A stretch of 64,000 nucleotides of DNA from Escherichia phage LYE-01. Below are positions 1 to 8,065 of the stretch, in pieces. The stretch lies in sequence record PQ303785.1, one strand, 5' to 3'. The first letter of the stretch is position 1. Every line of letters starts with the position of its first letter. Both the position numbers and the translations under genes were made by a program. A model generated the notes under the pieces. That model was given only the letters and a program-made list of their open reading frames with translations. It was not told the origin of the DNA and searched no databases.

Positions 1-86
1 GATATGATTTTTCATTTTGGTCCAGAATTTTATTCGCAATACAGTTTAGTGCTTATCAATGCTTGGTTAATCAATTAAGGGTAAAT

Positions 87-299
87 ATGTATAAATTTCG
101 TAAAGGTTTAGCTGATTTTCTTACAACCGTAACGTTCTTTTTGTTTATGGCAGTTGGAGCTATTTTCCTTATTCCTTTTATTGCTATATTTTTCGTGATT
201 AGTTTGATTTCTCCAGAAAAAGGCTTATCTTCTAGTGAATTTAATGAGCGTCTGGATAAAATTACTAACAAGCTGAATGCTGCTCTTAGTAAGGAATAG
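87..299 (+). CDS. hypothetical small membrane protein (70 aa from ATG 87; frame opens at TTG 63)
   Basis: ORF with hydrophobic core FFLFMAVGAIFLIPFIAIFFVISLI; AAGGG 6 nt before ATG; no family recognised. Confidence 0.35.
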   Translation: MYKFRKGLADFLTTVTFFLFMAVGAIFLIPFIAIFFVISLISPEKGLSSSEFNERLDKITNKLNAALSKE

Positions 300-301
300 T
301 T

Positions 302-610
302 GTGAAACAAAACAAGATTGAAGTCTATGGAATTCCAGATGAAGTAGGTCGTTGTCCTGGATGTCAATCAGTTACAAAACTTCTAAAGGAGCTCAATGCT
401 CCTTTTACTTTCTATAAAGTTCTTACAAATAATGGTAAGATTGAGTATGATCGTCCACTGATTGTATCTCTTGCTAAACGCGCTGGATTCACATCTCTTA
501 ACATTCGTTATCCAGTCATTTTCATCAATGATTCTAGACAAAAGAACATTAAACACTTCAAAGAAACTCTCATTTCACTTGGATATGATAGAGATATCAT
601 AGAAGACTAA
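302..610 (+). CDS. thioredoxin-fold redoxin, NrdH/glutaredoxin-like (102 aa, GTG start)
   Basis: CPGC redox motif near N-terminus; AAGGA before GTG; position upstream of the gene 55 block as for T4 nrdH (recall). Confidence 0.5.
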   Translation: MKQNKIEVYGIPDEVGRCPGCQSVTKLLKELNAPFTFYKVLTNNGKIEYDRPLIVSLAKRAGFTSLNIRYPVIFINDSRQKNIKHFKETLISLGYDRDIIED

Positions 611-640
611 GACGGGCCCTCTGGGCCTTTCTTTCTCACA
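611..640 (+). terminator. hairpin GGGCCC-TCT-GGGCC followed by TTTCTTTCT
   Basis: GC stem plus T-rich tract directly after the redoxin stop codon. Confidence 0.45.
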
Positions 641-707
641 TTCTGTATATTACCATTCTAACTATCATTCACTTCTTATCATTCCCTAAAATAATTTTCA
701 CAAAGTT

Positions 708-737
708 GTTTACAACAAGTTCAAACTGTGGTATTAT
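708..737 (+). promoter_or_regulatory. T4-type early promoter (-35 GTTTAC, 18 nt spacer, TG-extended -10 TATTAT)
   Basis: AAAGTTGTTTAC at 702-713 and TGTGGTATTAT at 727-737, matching the T4 early promoter consensus; precedes ORF 768. Confidence 0.55.
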
Positions 738-767
738 TAACATATGAATTGCCTTTGAGGAATTGAT

Positions 768-950
768 ATGGTTGTGGTTGATAAAGAAATTAAAAAGGGA
801 CAGTATTATTTTATTAATGGTAATGTTGTTCGTGTTACTTATGTAAACGGTTTTGAAGTTTATTATCTTATACTCAAGTTACATAAACAGATGATTTGTG
901 ATCGTGCTGTATTTAGTTCAGTTGCTAAGGAAATTAAACTCCATGGGTAA
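768..950 (+). CDS. hypothetical protein (60 aa)
   Basis: ORF with GAGG SD; position of T4 55.x ORFs. Confidence 0.35.
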   Translation: MVVVDKEIKKGQYYFINGNVVRVTYVNGFEVYYLILKLHKQMICDRAVFSSVAKEIKLHG

Positions 951-1236
951 AACGTATCGTCGTAAAGATTTAAAAGTACGTGATTATGACTATTTCGGAA
1001 AGCGTAAAGCTCCTGATGGTGTAAGTCATAAAGATATGGTTGAAAACATTTTTCGCTCAGATAAATGGCGTAGAATGAAAGGCATTGATTCAGAAGTTAA
1101 AGATGAGTTAAATCGTCAATTACGTGGTGAAGTAAGAAAGTTGAAAAAATCAGTTTACATTGATGGCGATTTTGATTATAATACTTCTCAACGAGTTGCT
1201 AAGCGTAAATCAAACGAGTGTTATCGTTATAGCTGA
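943..1236 (+). CDS. hypothetical basic protein (frame open from 898; ATG 943 chosen)
   Basis: ORF; start uncertain. Confidence 0.3.
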   Translation: MGKTYRRKDLKVRDYDYFGKRKAPDGVSHKDMVENIFRSDKWRRMKGIDSEVKDELNRQLRGEVRKLKKSVYIDGDFDYNTSQRVAKRKSNECYRYS

Positions 1237-1243
1237 GGAAAAT

Positions 1244-1378
1244 ATGAATATCAAACGCATGCTTTTTAAACAAGGATTATACACTTTAAATGTTGCTCCA
1301 AAAGGCGATACGACCAAGTGGTCAGTAAATGACTGGATTAAATTCATTGATGAAAACGGTAACTGGTGGAAAATTTAA
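1244..1378 (+). CDS. hypothetical protein (44 aa from ATG 1244; frame open from 1160)
   Basis: GAGGA SD before ATG 1244. Confidence 0.3.
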   Translation: MNIKRMLFKQGLYTLNVAPKGDTTKWSVNDWIKFIDENGNWWKI

Positions 1379-1579
1379 ATGAATCCTGAATCTAAATTAT
1401 CACAACGAATTGCTGAAGCTCGTCGTCAGTTCTTTGAAAATATGATAGCCCAAGGTATTGATGACGAAGTTTTTCTGAACTGGTTTTGGAATCACAAATA
1501 TTCAAGCTGTTCAGGGGCAATATTAATATCAGCCGCAATGATGTACGAAGGCTGGAAGGGCGCCAAACAGTTTAGCTAA
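1379..1579 (+). CDS. hypothetical protein (66 aa)
   Basis: ATG overlaps upstream stop (TAAATG); followed by terminator. Confidence 0.4.
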   Translation: MNPESKLSQRIAEARRQFFENMIAQGIDDEVFLNWFWNHKYSSCSGAILISAAMMYEGWKGAKQFS

Positions 1580-1598
1580 GGGCTTCGGCCCTTTTTGG
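1578..1598 (+). terminator. rho-independent terminator, GGGCTTCGGCCC hairpin with UUCG tetraloop plus T-run
   Basis: AGGGCTTCGGCCCTTTTT seen directly. Confidence 0.6.
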
Positions 1599-1631
1599 AT
1601 AATAAAATTTTAACGTAATTGAGGATAATGT

Positions 1632-1958
1632 ATGACTATTCAAATTAAAAACGCCATCAATTCTTACGCATATGATAAAGTAGTTTCTCTGCTAGAAAAA
1701 GGCGATATTGTAACTCCTCAAATTTTGGATAAATGGGAAAAAGAGCTTCATCAGACGATGAAACAGAATGATCAGAAAATTGGGCGCAATACTGTCCGTG
1801 AATTGTTGGTTCAATATATCTTGTCAGAATTTGATGTTAAAGCTTTTGGTGTAGAATCTAAAGCTTATCAGAAGCATGAAATTTCTGATAAAACTATTCG
1901 TCGTATGAAAAATCAACGCAAGAAAAAATTTGCTGACCTGAAAATTACTAAGGCATAA
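1632..1958 (+). CDS. hypothetical protein (108 aa)
   Basis: ORF with GAGGA SD. Confidence 0.45.
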   Translation: MTIQIKNAINSYAYDKVVSLLEKGDIVTPQILDKWEKELHQTMKQNDQKIGRNTVRELLVQYILSEFDVKAFGVESKAYQKHEISDKTIRRMKNQRKKKFADLKITKA

Positions 1959-1960
1959 TT

Positions 1961-2176
1961 ATGAATGAAGCTCTTATTAACGATTTACGTCTTGCCGGAT
2001 ATGAAGTAAATACAAACGGCATTGGTTTAACTCAAATTGAAGGAAACGGATTCATCCTTGAGTATGAATTTAGCCAATGGTGGTTATATGCTAATTATGG
2101 CGAATTAATTGAATATGTCGATCAATTTGATTCACTAGATGCAGCTCTCGAAGCTGCTAACTTAATGAATGCGTGA
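1961..2176 (+). CDS. hypothetical acidic protein (71 aa)
   Basis: ORF tightly packed after previous stop. Confidence 0.4.
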   Translation: MNEALINDLRLAGYEVNTNGIGLTQIEGNGFILEYEFSQWWLYANYGELIEYVDQFDSLDAALEAANLMNA

Positions 2177-2193
2177 AATTGATTCATCCTCTA

Positions 2194-2221
2194 TGCTTTA
2201 AGATAGATCTTCAAATATTAT
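2194..2221 (+). promoter_or_regulatory. candidate MotA-dependent middle promoter (MotA box TGCTTTA plus -10 TATTAT)
   Basis: TGCTTTA at 2194-2200 and TATTAT 15 nt downstream; precedes gene 55. Confidence 0.35.
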
Positions 2222-2258
2222 GATATAATAGATCTATGAATTGAGCTAAGAGGTGAAA

Positions 2259-2816
2259 ATGTCAGAAACTAAGCCTAAATATAATTACGTAAACAATAAA
2301 GAGCTTTTACAAGCTATTATTGATTGGAAAACAGAATTAGCAAATAATAAAGACCCAAATAAAGTAGTTCGTCAGAATGATACTATCGGATTAGCCATTA
2401 TGCTTATTGCAGAAGGCTTATCTAAACGTTTCAACTTTTCAGGATACACCCAGTCTTGGAAACAAGAAATGATTGCAGATGGTATAGAAGCTTCTATTAA
2501 GGGGCTTCATAATTTTGATGAAACGAAATATAAAAACCCACATGCATATATAACTCAAGCTTGTTTTAATGCATTCGTCCAACGTATTAAAAAAGAACGT
2601 AAGGAAGTTGCAAAGAAATATAGTTACTTCGTTCACAATGTCTATGACAGTCGTGACGACGATATGGTTGCGTTAGTAGATGAAACTTTTATTCAAGACA
2701 TCTACGATAAAATGACGCATTACGAAGAATCAACCTATAGAACACCGGGGGCTGAAAAGAAAAGTGTTGTAGACGATTCTCCTAGTTTGGATTTTTTATA
2801 TGAGGCTAACGATTAA
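2259..2816 (+). CDS. 55: gp55, late-transcription sigma factor (185 aa)
   Basis: From ATG 2259 the product begins [23 protein letters not shown], which I recognise as T4 gp55; 185 aa. Confidence 0.9.
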
Positions 2817-3018
2817 CCTCTCCGGATTCTTGGAAGAAATACCTGAAGTTGAAGCTATTCCCTATTTACTTAAAATGTATCTCAGGGAAGTTTTAGCTCT
2901 TGACATTGATATTGATCCAGAAAATCCGTATGATACCGCTTTTAAATCTAATGGTGTAGAATTAAACTATCGGTATCATTTAACAGATGATGATTTTTAT
3001 TTTATATTAGAGAAATAA
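2800..3018 (+). CDS. hypothetical protein (72 aa)
   Basis: ORF overlapping gene 55 end. Confidence 0.35.
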
Positions 3019-3019
3019 T

Positions 3020-3337
3020 ATGACTGATAAACCCGAAATTAATGATGAAGTGGAAAAGCTTATTTCTTCTATTGAAGAAAAGAACCGTCTTGAAGCAGAA
3101 AGAAAAGCAAATAAGTTATTGTCTAAAAATAAACGCGAACTGAACCGTCTTTATAAACACGCTCAAATTGCAGCTGAAAACAATAATTTTGCTCAATACG
3201 AATATGCTATCAAGAAAAGTCGGGATATTCTAAAACAGCCATATAACGATGAACTCATTAGTATTCTTTGGAAGACTACTAGATCACAGATTGAGGATAT
3301 GATTGATGCTTACACACGTAAAATTCAAGCGTCTTAA
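3020..3337 (+). CDS. hypothetical protein (105 aa), predicted coiled coil
   Basis: ORF; K/E-rich helical sequence. Confidence 0.4.
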   Translation: MTDKPEINDEVEKLISSIEEKNRLEAERKANKLLSKNKRELNRLYKHAQIAAENNNFAQYEYAIKKSRDILKQPYNDELISILWKTTRSQIEDMIDAYTRKIQAS

Positions 3338-3509
3338 AATTAATGCAGGATTTACTGAATCTTTGAACGGCCATCTTTGTGTGAAAATTTCTGAAAAAGA
3401 ATACCATGATAGTTCAATTAAAGAAGTTAATCCTCCTATTGTAAGAGCAGACCCTAATATGAAAGTGTGGGTTGATTCTTATCAAGTCAAAAAATGGTGG
3501 CAACTGTGA
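3303..3509 (+). CDS. hypothetical protein (68 aa)
   Basis: ORF overlapping previous. Confidence 0.3.
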   Translation: MMLTHVKFKRLKINAGFTESLNGHLCVKISEKEYHDSSIKEVNPPIVRADPNMKVWVDSYQVKKWWQL

Positions 3510-3512
3510 AAG

Positions 3513-3686
3513 ATGAACACCCAGACTTCTGAAATAGATTATAATAAAATTCGTTCCTCTAAAGTAGAAATGATGAGACGCTTTAAAGAGTCTCATGATA
3601 AAGCTAAAGCAGAAGGAACTATAACATATAAGCGCATAAAATTTAGAAGCTCTAACGAGCCTTTGTATGGCGTATTATGCGGATAG
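3513..3686 (+). CDS. hypothetical protein (57 aa)
   Basis: ORF below the track threshold; stop lies inside a UUCG hairpin. Confidence 0.25.
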   Translation: MNTQTSEIDYNKIRSSKVEMMRRFKESHDKAKAEGTITYKRIKFRSSNEPLYGVLCG

Positions 3687-3710
3687 GAGCTTCGGCTCCT
3701 ATATTGCTTT
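3685..3710 (+). terminator. hairpin AGGAGC-TTCG-GCTCCT with weak T tract
   Basis: Stem with UUCG loop; poor U-run, so may be an RNA stability element. Confidence 0.35.
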
Positions 3711-3752
3711 ATAAATTTTTGGTAAAATAAACCAAAACAATGAGGATATTAA

Positions 3753-4955
3753 ATGAAAGTATGTATTTTTATGGCTCGAGGTCTTGAAGGTTGCGGTGTA
3801 ACTAAATTTTCTCTTGAGCAGCGTGATTGGTTTATTAAAAATGGTCATGAAGTAACTTTGGTTTATGCTAAAGATAAATCATTTACTCGTAATTGCGCGC
3901 ATGATTATAAATCATTTTCAATTCCGGTTTTATTGGCAAAAGAATACGATAAAACACTTAAGCTGGTAAATGATTGTGATATTCTAATTATCAATTCAGT
4001 TCCTGCTACTTCAGTCGAAGAAGACACGATTAATAACTATAAAAAAATTATTGATAACATTAAACCTTCGGTTCGTGTTGTAGTTTATCAGCATGACCAT
4101 TCTTCTCTTTCTTTGCGTCGAAATTTGGGATTAGAAGAAACTGTTCGTCGAGCTGATGTTATTTTTAGCCATTCTGATAATGGCGATTTTAATAAAGTTT
4201 TAATGAAAGAATGGTATCCAGAAACTGTTTCACTGTTTGATGATATTGAAGAAGCACCGACCGTATATAACTTTCAGCCTCCTATGGATATTGCGAAGGT
4301 TCGATCAACCTACTGGAAAGATGTTTCTGAAATTAACATGAATATCAATCGTTGGATTGGTCGTACTACTACATGGAAAGGCTTTTATCAGATGTTTGAT
4401 TTTCACGAAAAACATCTTAAACCTGCAGGACTAAGTACTATTATGGAAGGCCTGGAACGTTCTCCAGCGTTCATTCCTATTAAAGAAAAAGGAATTCCAT
4501 ACGAGTATTATCGTCTTCATCAAGTAGACCAAATTAAAATTGCTCCTAATTTGCCAACGCAAATTCTCGACCGTTATGTAAATAGCGAAATGCTTGAACG
4601 CATGAGTAAATCCGGATTTGGTTATCAGCTGAGTAAGTTGGACAAAAAATATCTACAGCGTTCTTTAGAATACACTCATCTCGAGCTTGGTGCATGTGGA
4701 ACAATTCCGGTATTTTGGAAATCTACGGGCGAAAATTTAAAATTCCGTGTTGATAATACTCCATTAATTTCTCATGATAGCGGTATCGTTTGGTTTGATG
4801 AAAATGACATGGAATCAACATTTGAACGTATTAAAGAACTGTCATCTGACCGAGCTCTTTATGACCGTGAACGTGAAAAAGCTTATGAATTTTTGTATCA
4901 GCATCAAGATTCAAGCTTCTGCTTTAAAGAACAGTTTGACATTATTACAAAATAA
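3753..4955 (+). CDS. agt: DNA alpha-glucosyltransferase (400 aa)
   Basis: 400 aa; sequence matches my recollection of T4 alpha-gt; synteny between 55 and 47. Confidence 0.85.
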   Translation: MKVCIFMARGLEGCGVTKFSLEQRDWFIKNGHEVTLVYAKDKSFTRNCAHDYKSFSIPVLLAKEYDKTLKLVNDCDILIINSVPATSVEEDTINNYKKIIDNIKPSVRVVVYQHDHSSLSLRRNLGLEETVRRADVIFSHSDNGDFNKVLMKEWYPETVSLFDDIEEAPTVYNFQPPMDIAKVRSTYWKDVSEINMNINRWIGRTTTWKGFYQMFDFHEKHLKPAGLSTIMEGLERSPAFIPIKEKGIPYEYYRLHQVDQIKIAPNLPTQILDRYVNSEMLERMSKSGFGYQLSKLDKKYLQRSLEYTHLELGACGTIPVFWKSTGENLKFRVDNTPLISHDSGIVWFDENDMESTFERIKELSSDRALYDREREKAYEFLYQHQDSSFCFKEQFDIITK

Positions 4956-4978
4956 AGGGCTTCGGCCCTTTAGCTTTA
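4955..4978 (+). terminator. GGGCTTCGGCCC hairpin plus T tract after alpha-gt
   Basis: AAGGGCTTCGGCCCTTTAGCTTT. Confidence 0.5.
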
Positions 4979-4994
4979 TACGGAGTTTGATATA

Positions 4995-5135
4995 ATGATA
5001 TTTCTTGGATATGTGATACTTTTTCTGGCGTTTTATTTGTTCACCAGAGCGTGTTGGATTGGGTTCTTTAGTACTCCAGATGGATTTATTTCAATAATTT
5101 TATTTTGCATTTCAATGACGGTTCTTGATATATGA
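4995..5135 (+). CDS. hypothetical small membrane protein (46 aa)
   Basis: Hydrophobic ORF; ATG overlaps an extended -10-like TGATATAAT, so expression is uncertain. Confidence 0.25.
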   Translation: MIFLGYVILFLAFYLFTRACWIGFFSTPDGFISIILFCISMTVLDI

Positions 5136-5755
5136 AAAAATATATAACTTATTTAACAATATATAGTGGAGATAAACTTCCTCCTTTTTATATTGGATCT
5201 ACATCTTTAGACAGGCATTTAGCCGGATATCATGGATCAGTTTTATCTAAAAAGTATAAGAAAATTTATAATGAAGAACTTTCAAATAACCCACATTTAT
5301 TTGATTCATGCATTTTAGATGAATTTGATACACGCGAAGAAGCTATTAAATGCGAGCTATATTATCAACGTTTGCATGATGCGGTTAAAAATCCATTATT
5401 CTTTAATATGTCATATGCTGCTCCAAAAGGTTCATTTGGAAGAGATATTAAAGGACAAAATCATCCATTATATGGTTCTCATAATTGTAAAGGAAACATA
5501 CATTCACATGACCCATTAACAGGAAAATCTGCCTTTTTACCGTATATTCCAGAAGGTTATGTAAAAGGAAGGTCAAATAAATTTAAAGCTTCATCACATA
5601 ATAAAGGTAAAAAATGGTATAATAACGGAGTTAAGCAAATGTTATGTCATGAACCTCCTGGTCCTGAATGGACAAAAGGAAAAATTAAAGAACTAGTTTC
5701 AAAAGCAGCTAAATTAGGATGGAAAAGACACCATGAAAATACTAAACTTGGGTGA
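5132..5755 (+). CDS. GIY-YIG family endonuclease, Seg-like homing endonuclease candidate (207 aa)
   Basis: N-terminus YITYLTIYSGDKLPPFYIGSTS gives GIY and YIG motifs about 11 residues apart; basic C-terminal region (NKGKKWYNNG); overlaps gene 47 start by 23 nt. Confidence 0.6.
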   Translation: MKKYITYLTIYSGDKLPPFYIGSTSLDRHLAGYHGSVLSKKYKKIYNEELSNNPHLFDSCILDEFDTREEAIKCELYYQRLHDAVKNPLFFNMSYAAPKGSFGRDIKGQNHPLYGSHNCKGNIHSHDPLTGKSAFLPYIPEGYVKGRSNKFKASSHNKGKKWYNNGVKQMLCHEPPGPEWTKGKIKELVSKAAKLGWKRHHENTKLG

Positions 5756-6752
5756 TTGGCATTTAGGCGTTAAAGCTGATGATGAATGGATTCGCGGTAT
5801 TCAAATTGATGGAATTAAACAAGCGATAGAATATTCTAAGAAAAATGGAATTACTGTATGGATTCAATACGGTGATATTTTTGATGTACGAAAAGCGATC
5901 ACGCATAAAACTATGGAGTTTGCTCGTGAAATAGTTCAAATGCTTGATGACGTTGGAATCACATTACATACTATTGTAGGAAATCACGATCTCCACTATA
6001 AAAATGTAATGCATCCAAATGCTTCTACTGAGCTTTTGGCTAAATATCCTAATGTTAAAGTATATGATAAGCCTACTACAGTAGATTTTGACGGATGCTT
6101 GATTGATTTAATTCCTTGGATGTGTGAAGAAAATACTGGTGAAATTCTTGAACACATCAAAACTTCATCTGCTTCTTTTTGTGTCGGTCACTGGGAGCTG
6201 AATGGATTTTATTTTTATAAAGGAATGAAATCTCACGGTCTTGAACCTGATTTCCTTAAGACTTATAAAGAAGTGTGGTCTGGTCACTTCCATACTATCT
6301 CTGAGGCTGCTAACGTCAGATATATTGGGACACCATGGACACTAACTGCAGGTGACGAGAATGACCCTCGCGGGTTCTGGATGTTTGATACAGAAACAGA
6401 ACGAATGGAATTTATTCCAAACAACACTACCTGGCATCGTCGAATTCAATATCCATTTAAGGGAAAAATTGACTATAAAGATTTTACAAATCTATCAGTA
6501 CGTGTTATAGTAACTGAGGTAGACAAAAATCTGACGAAGTTCGAATCTGAACTAGAAAAAGTTGTGCATTCATTACGAGTTGTGTCAAAGATTGATAACT
6601 CTGTCGAGTCAGATGATAGCGAAGAGGTTGAAGTTCAATCTCTTCAGACGTTGATGGAAGAATACATTAATGCAATTCCAGACATCACTGATTCTGACCG
6701 CGAAGCACTTATTCAATATGCAAATCAGTTATATGTAGAGGCAACACAATGA
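5733..6752 (+). CDS. 47: gp47 recombination nuclease subunit (Mre11-like, 339 aa)
   Basis: Phosphoesterase motifs (GDWH, GNHD, GHFH); size and synteny as T4 gp47. Confidence 0.9.
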   Translation: MKILNLGDWHLGVKADDEWIRGIQIDGIKQAIEYSKKNGITVWIQYGDIFDVRKAITHKTMEFAREIVQMLDDVGITLHTIVGNHDLHYKNVMHPNASTELLAKYPNVKVYDKPTTVDFDGCLIDLIPWMCEENTGEILEHIKTSSASFCVGHWELNGFYFYKGMKSHGLEPDFLKTYKEVWSGHFHTISEAANVRYIGTPWTLTAGDENDPRGFWMFDTETERMEFIPNNTTWHRRIQYPFKGKIDYKDFTNLSVRVIVTEVDKNLTKFESELEKVVHSLRVVSKIDNSVESDDSEEVEVQSLQTLMEEYINAIPDITDSDREALIQYANQLYVEATQ

Positions 6753-7012
6753 CTTTTGATGAATTTAAAAATGTTATGATGAGTCAGCATTTTGAATGCG
6801 AAGTAAAAGATGATATTGGGCATAAAGAAATTATTGAATACTGGTTTGAACCACTAGAGGTTGAAGATAATTGTATTAAAAAGGTTACGGTCTGCACTGA
6901 CTGGGCTGTATCTTTTAACTTCAACATTTTAGATAATGACACACCTAAATCAGTACAAGATATGGCTGTATCTTGTATTAAGGATGCATACTGTGAAGTT
7001 TTCGACATTTGA
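6749..7012 (+). CDS. hypothetical protein (87 aa)
   Basis: ATG overlaps gene 47 stop (ATGA). Confidence 0.4.
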   Translation: MTFDEFKNVMMSQHFECEVKDDIGHKEIIEYWFEPLEVEDNCIKKVTVCTDWAVSFNFNILDNDTPKSVQDMAVSCIKDAYCEVFDI

Positions 7013-7199
7013 CATTAACGATGAATTCATAGCAAATATTGATTACACCGAAGAAGATTCTAGATATGTTGGAATAATTTATATCACATCAAAAGCAGCA
7101 CAAGGTGTTGTTTGCATGGCTGAATTTGATGAATACTTTTTAGATTATGATGATATGATAGAATGGTCTAAAAGATACATTAAAAGGAATCTTTTGTGA
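6993..7199 (+). CDS. hypothetical protein (GTG 6993 chosen; frame open from 6936)
   Basis: N-terminus VKFSTFDINDEF resembles the N-terminus of the downstream HNH ORF. Confidence 0.3.
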   Translation: MKFSTFDINDEFIANIDYTEEDSRYVGIIYITSKAAQGVVCMAEFDEYFLDYDDMIEWSKRYIKRNLL

Positions 7200-8050
7200 A
7201 GAATTTTAAACTTGACATTAATGATGAATTTTTAATAAAGGAATTAGTTGAAAAATTAGCGTTGAGTGAAGAAGACGCCAAGTCTTACATTAATTTTATT
7301 TCTATGAATTCAACTGTTAAAACTCCAGGTAAAACGGAAGCACACCACGTGCTTCCTAAATCAATATTTCCTGAATATTTAAAATCTACATGGAATTTAG
7401 TTAATTTAAGTCATTTTAATCATTTTAAAGCACACTTCTTATTAGCAAAAGGTAAAAATGGAAAAATGCTAAATGCTTTAAATAGAATGATGTCAGGAAA
7501 AACATATAAAAATTTATCTTTAGCCGAAGTTGATTTAATAGCTGCTGAATATAGTTTTATAAAACAAGATGTAAGTGACACAATATCAAAAAGGCTTCAA
7601 CAGTATTATTCAAATCCGCAAAATAGAAATGCTGCTAGAGAAAGGGCATTAAAATATTTTTCAGTAGCAAAAAATAGGAAAGATAACAAAGAAAGATTAA
7701 ATAATTTTAAAACAAAACAAAAAATTTCAATGGCTTCAAGGGAATGGTTTAATAACGAAGAAAATAAAATTAAACACCAAAAGGCTGTTCGTGCTGCTTT
7801 ATCAAAACCTGAATATAAAATAGCTATATCAAATTCAGTAGCTGCTAGTTGGAAAAATCCGGAGATTAGAAAAGCTCATATAGCATCTAGACGAAAAGGC
7901 TATCATTGGGATAATAAAGATAAATTGTATGAATTGTGGATATCATATAATCGTCCTAAACATGTGATGTTTAGGAAAATGTTAGTTAAGAATGGATATC
8001 CAATAGAGGCTTCATTACAGGCTTTAGTTAAAGAATTTTCTTCATTGTGA
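7196..8050 (+). CDS. HNH homing endonuclease candidate (Mob-like, 284 aa, GTG start)
   Basis: HNH motif EAHHVLPKS...NLVNLSHFNHFKAH; C-terminal repeated basic modules; AT/Lys-rich composition; sits between 47 and 46. Confidence 0.65.
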   Translation: MKNFKLDINDEFLIKELVEKLALSEEDAKSYINFISMNSTVKTPGKTEAHHVLPKSIFPEYLKSTWNLVNLSHFNHFKAHFLLAKGKNGKMLNALNRMMSGKTYKNLSLAEVDLIAAEYSFIKQDVSDTISKRLQQYYSNPQNRNAARERALKYFSVAKNRKDNKERLNNFKTKQKISMASREWFNNEENKIKHQKAVRAALSKPEYKIAISNSVAASWKNPEIRKAHIASRRKGYHWDNKDKLYELWISYNRPKHVMFRKMLVKNGYPIEASLQALVKEFSSL

Positions 8051-8065
8051 ACAATTGGATACAAA

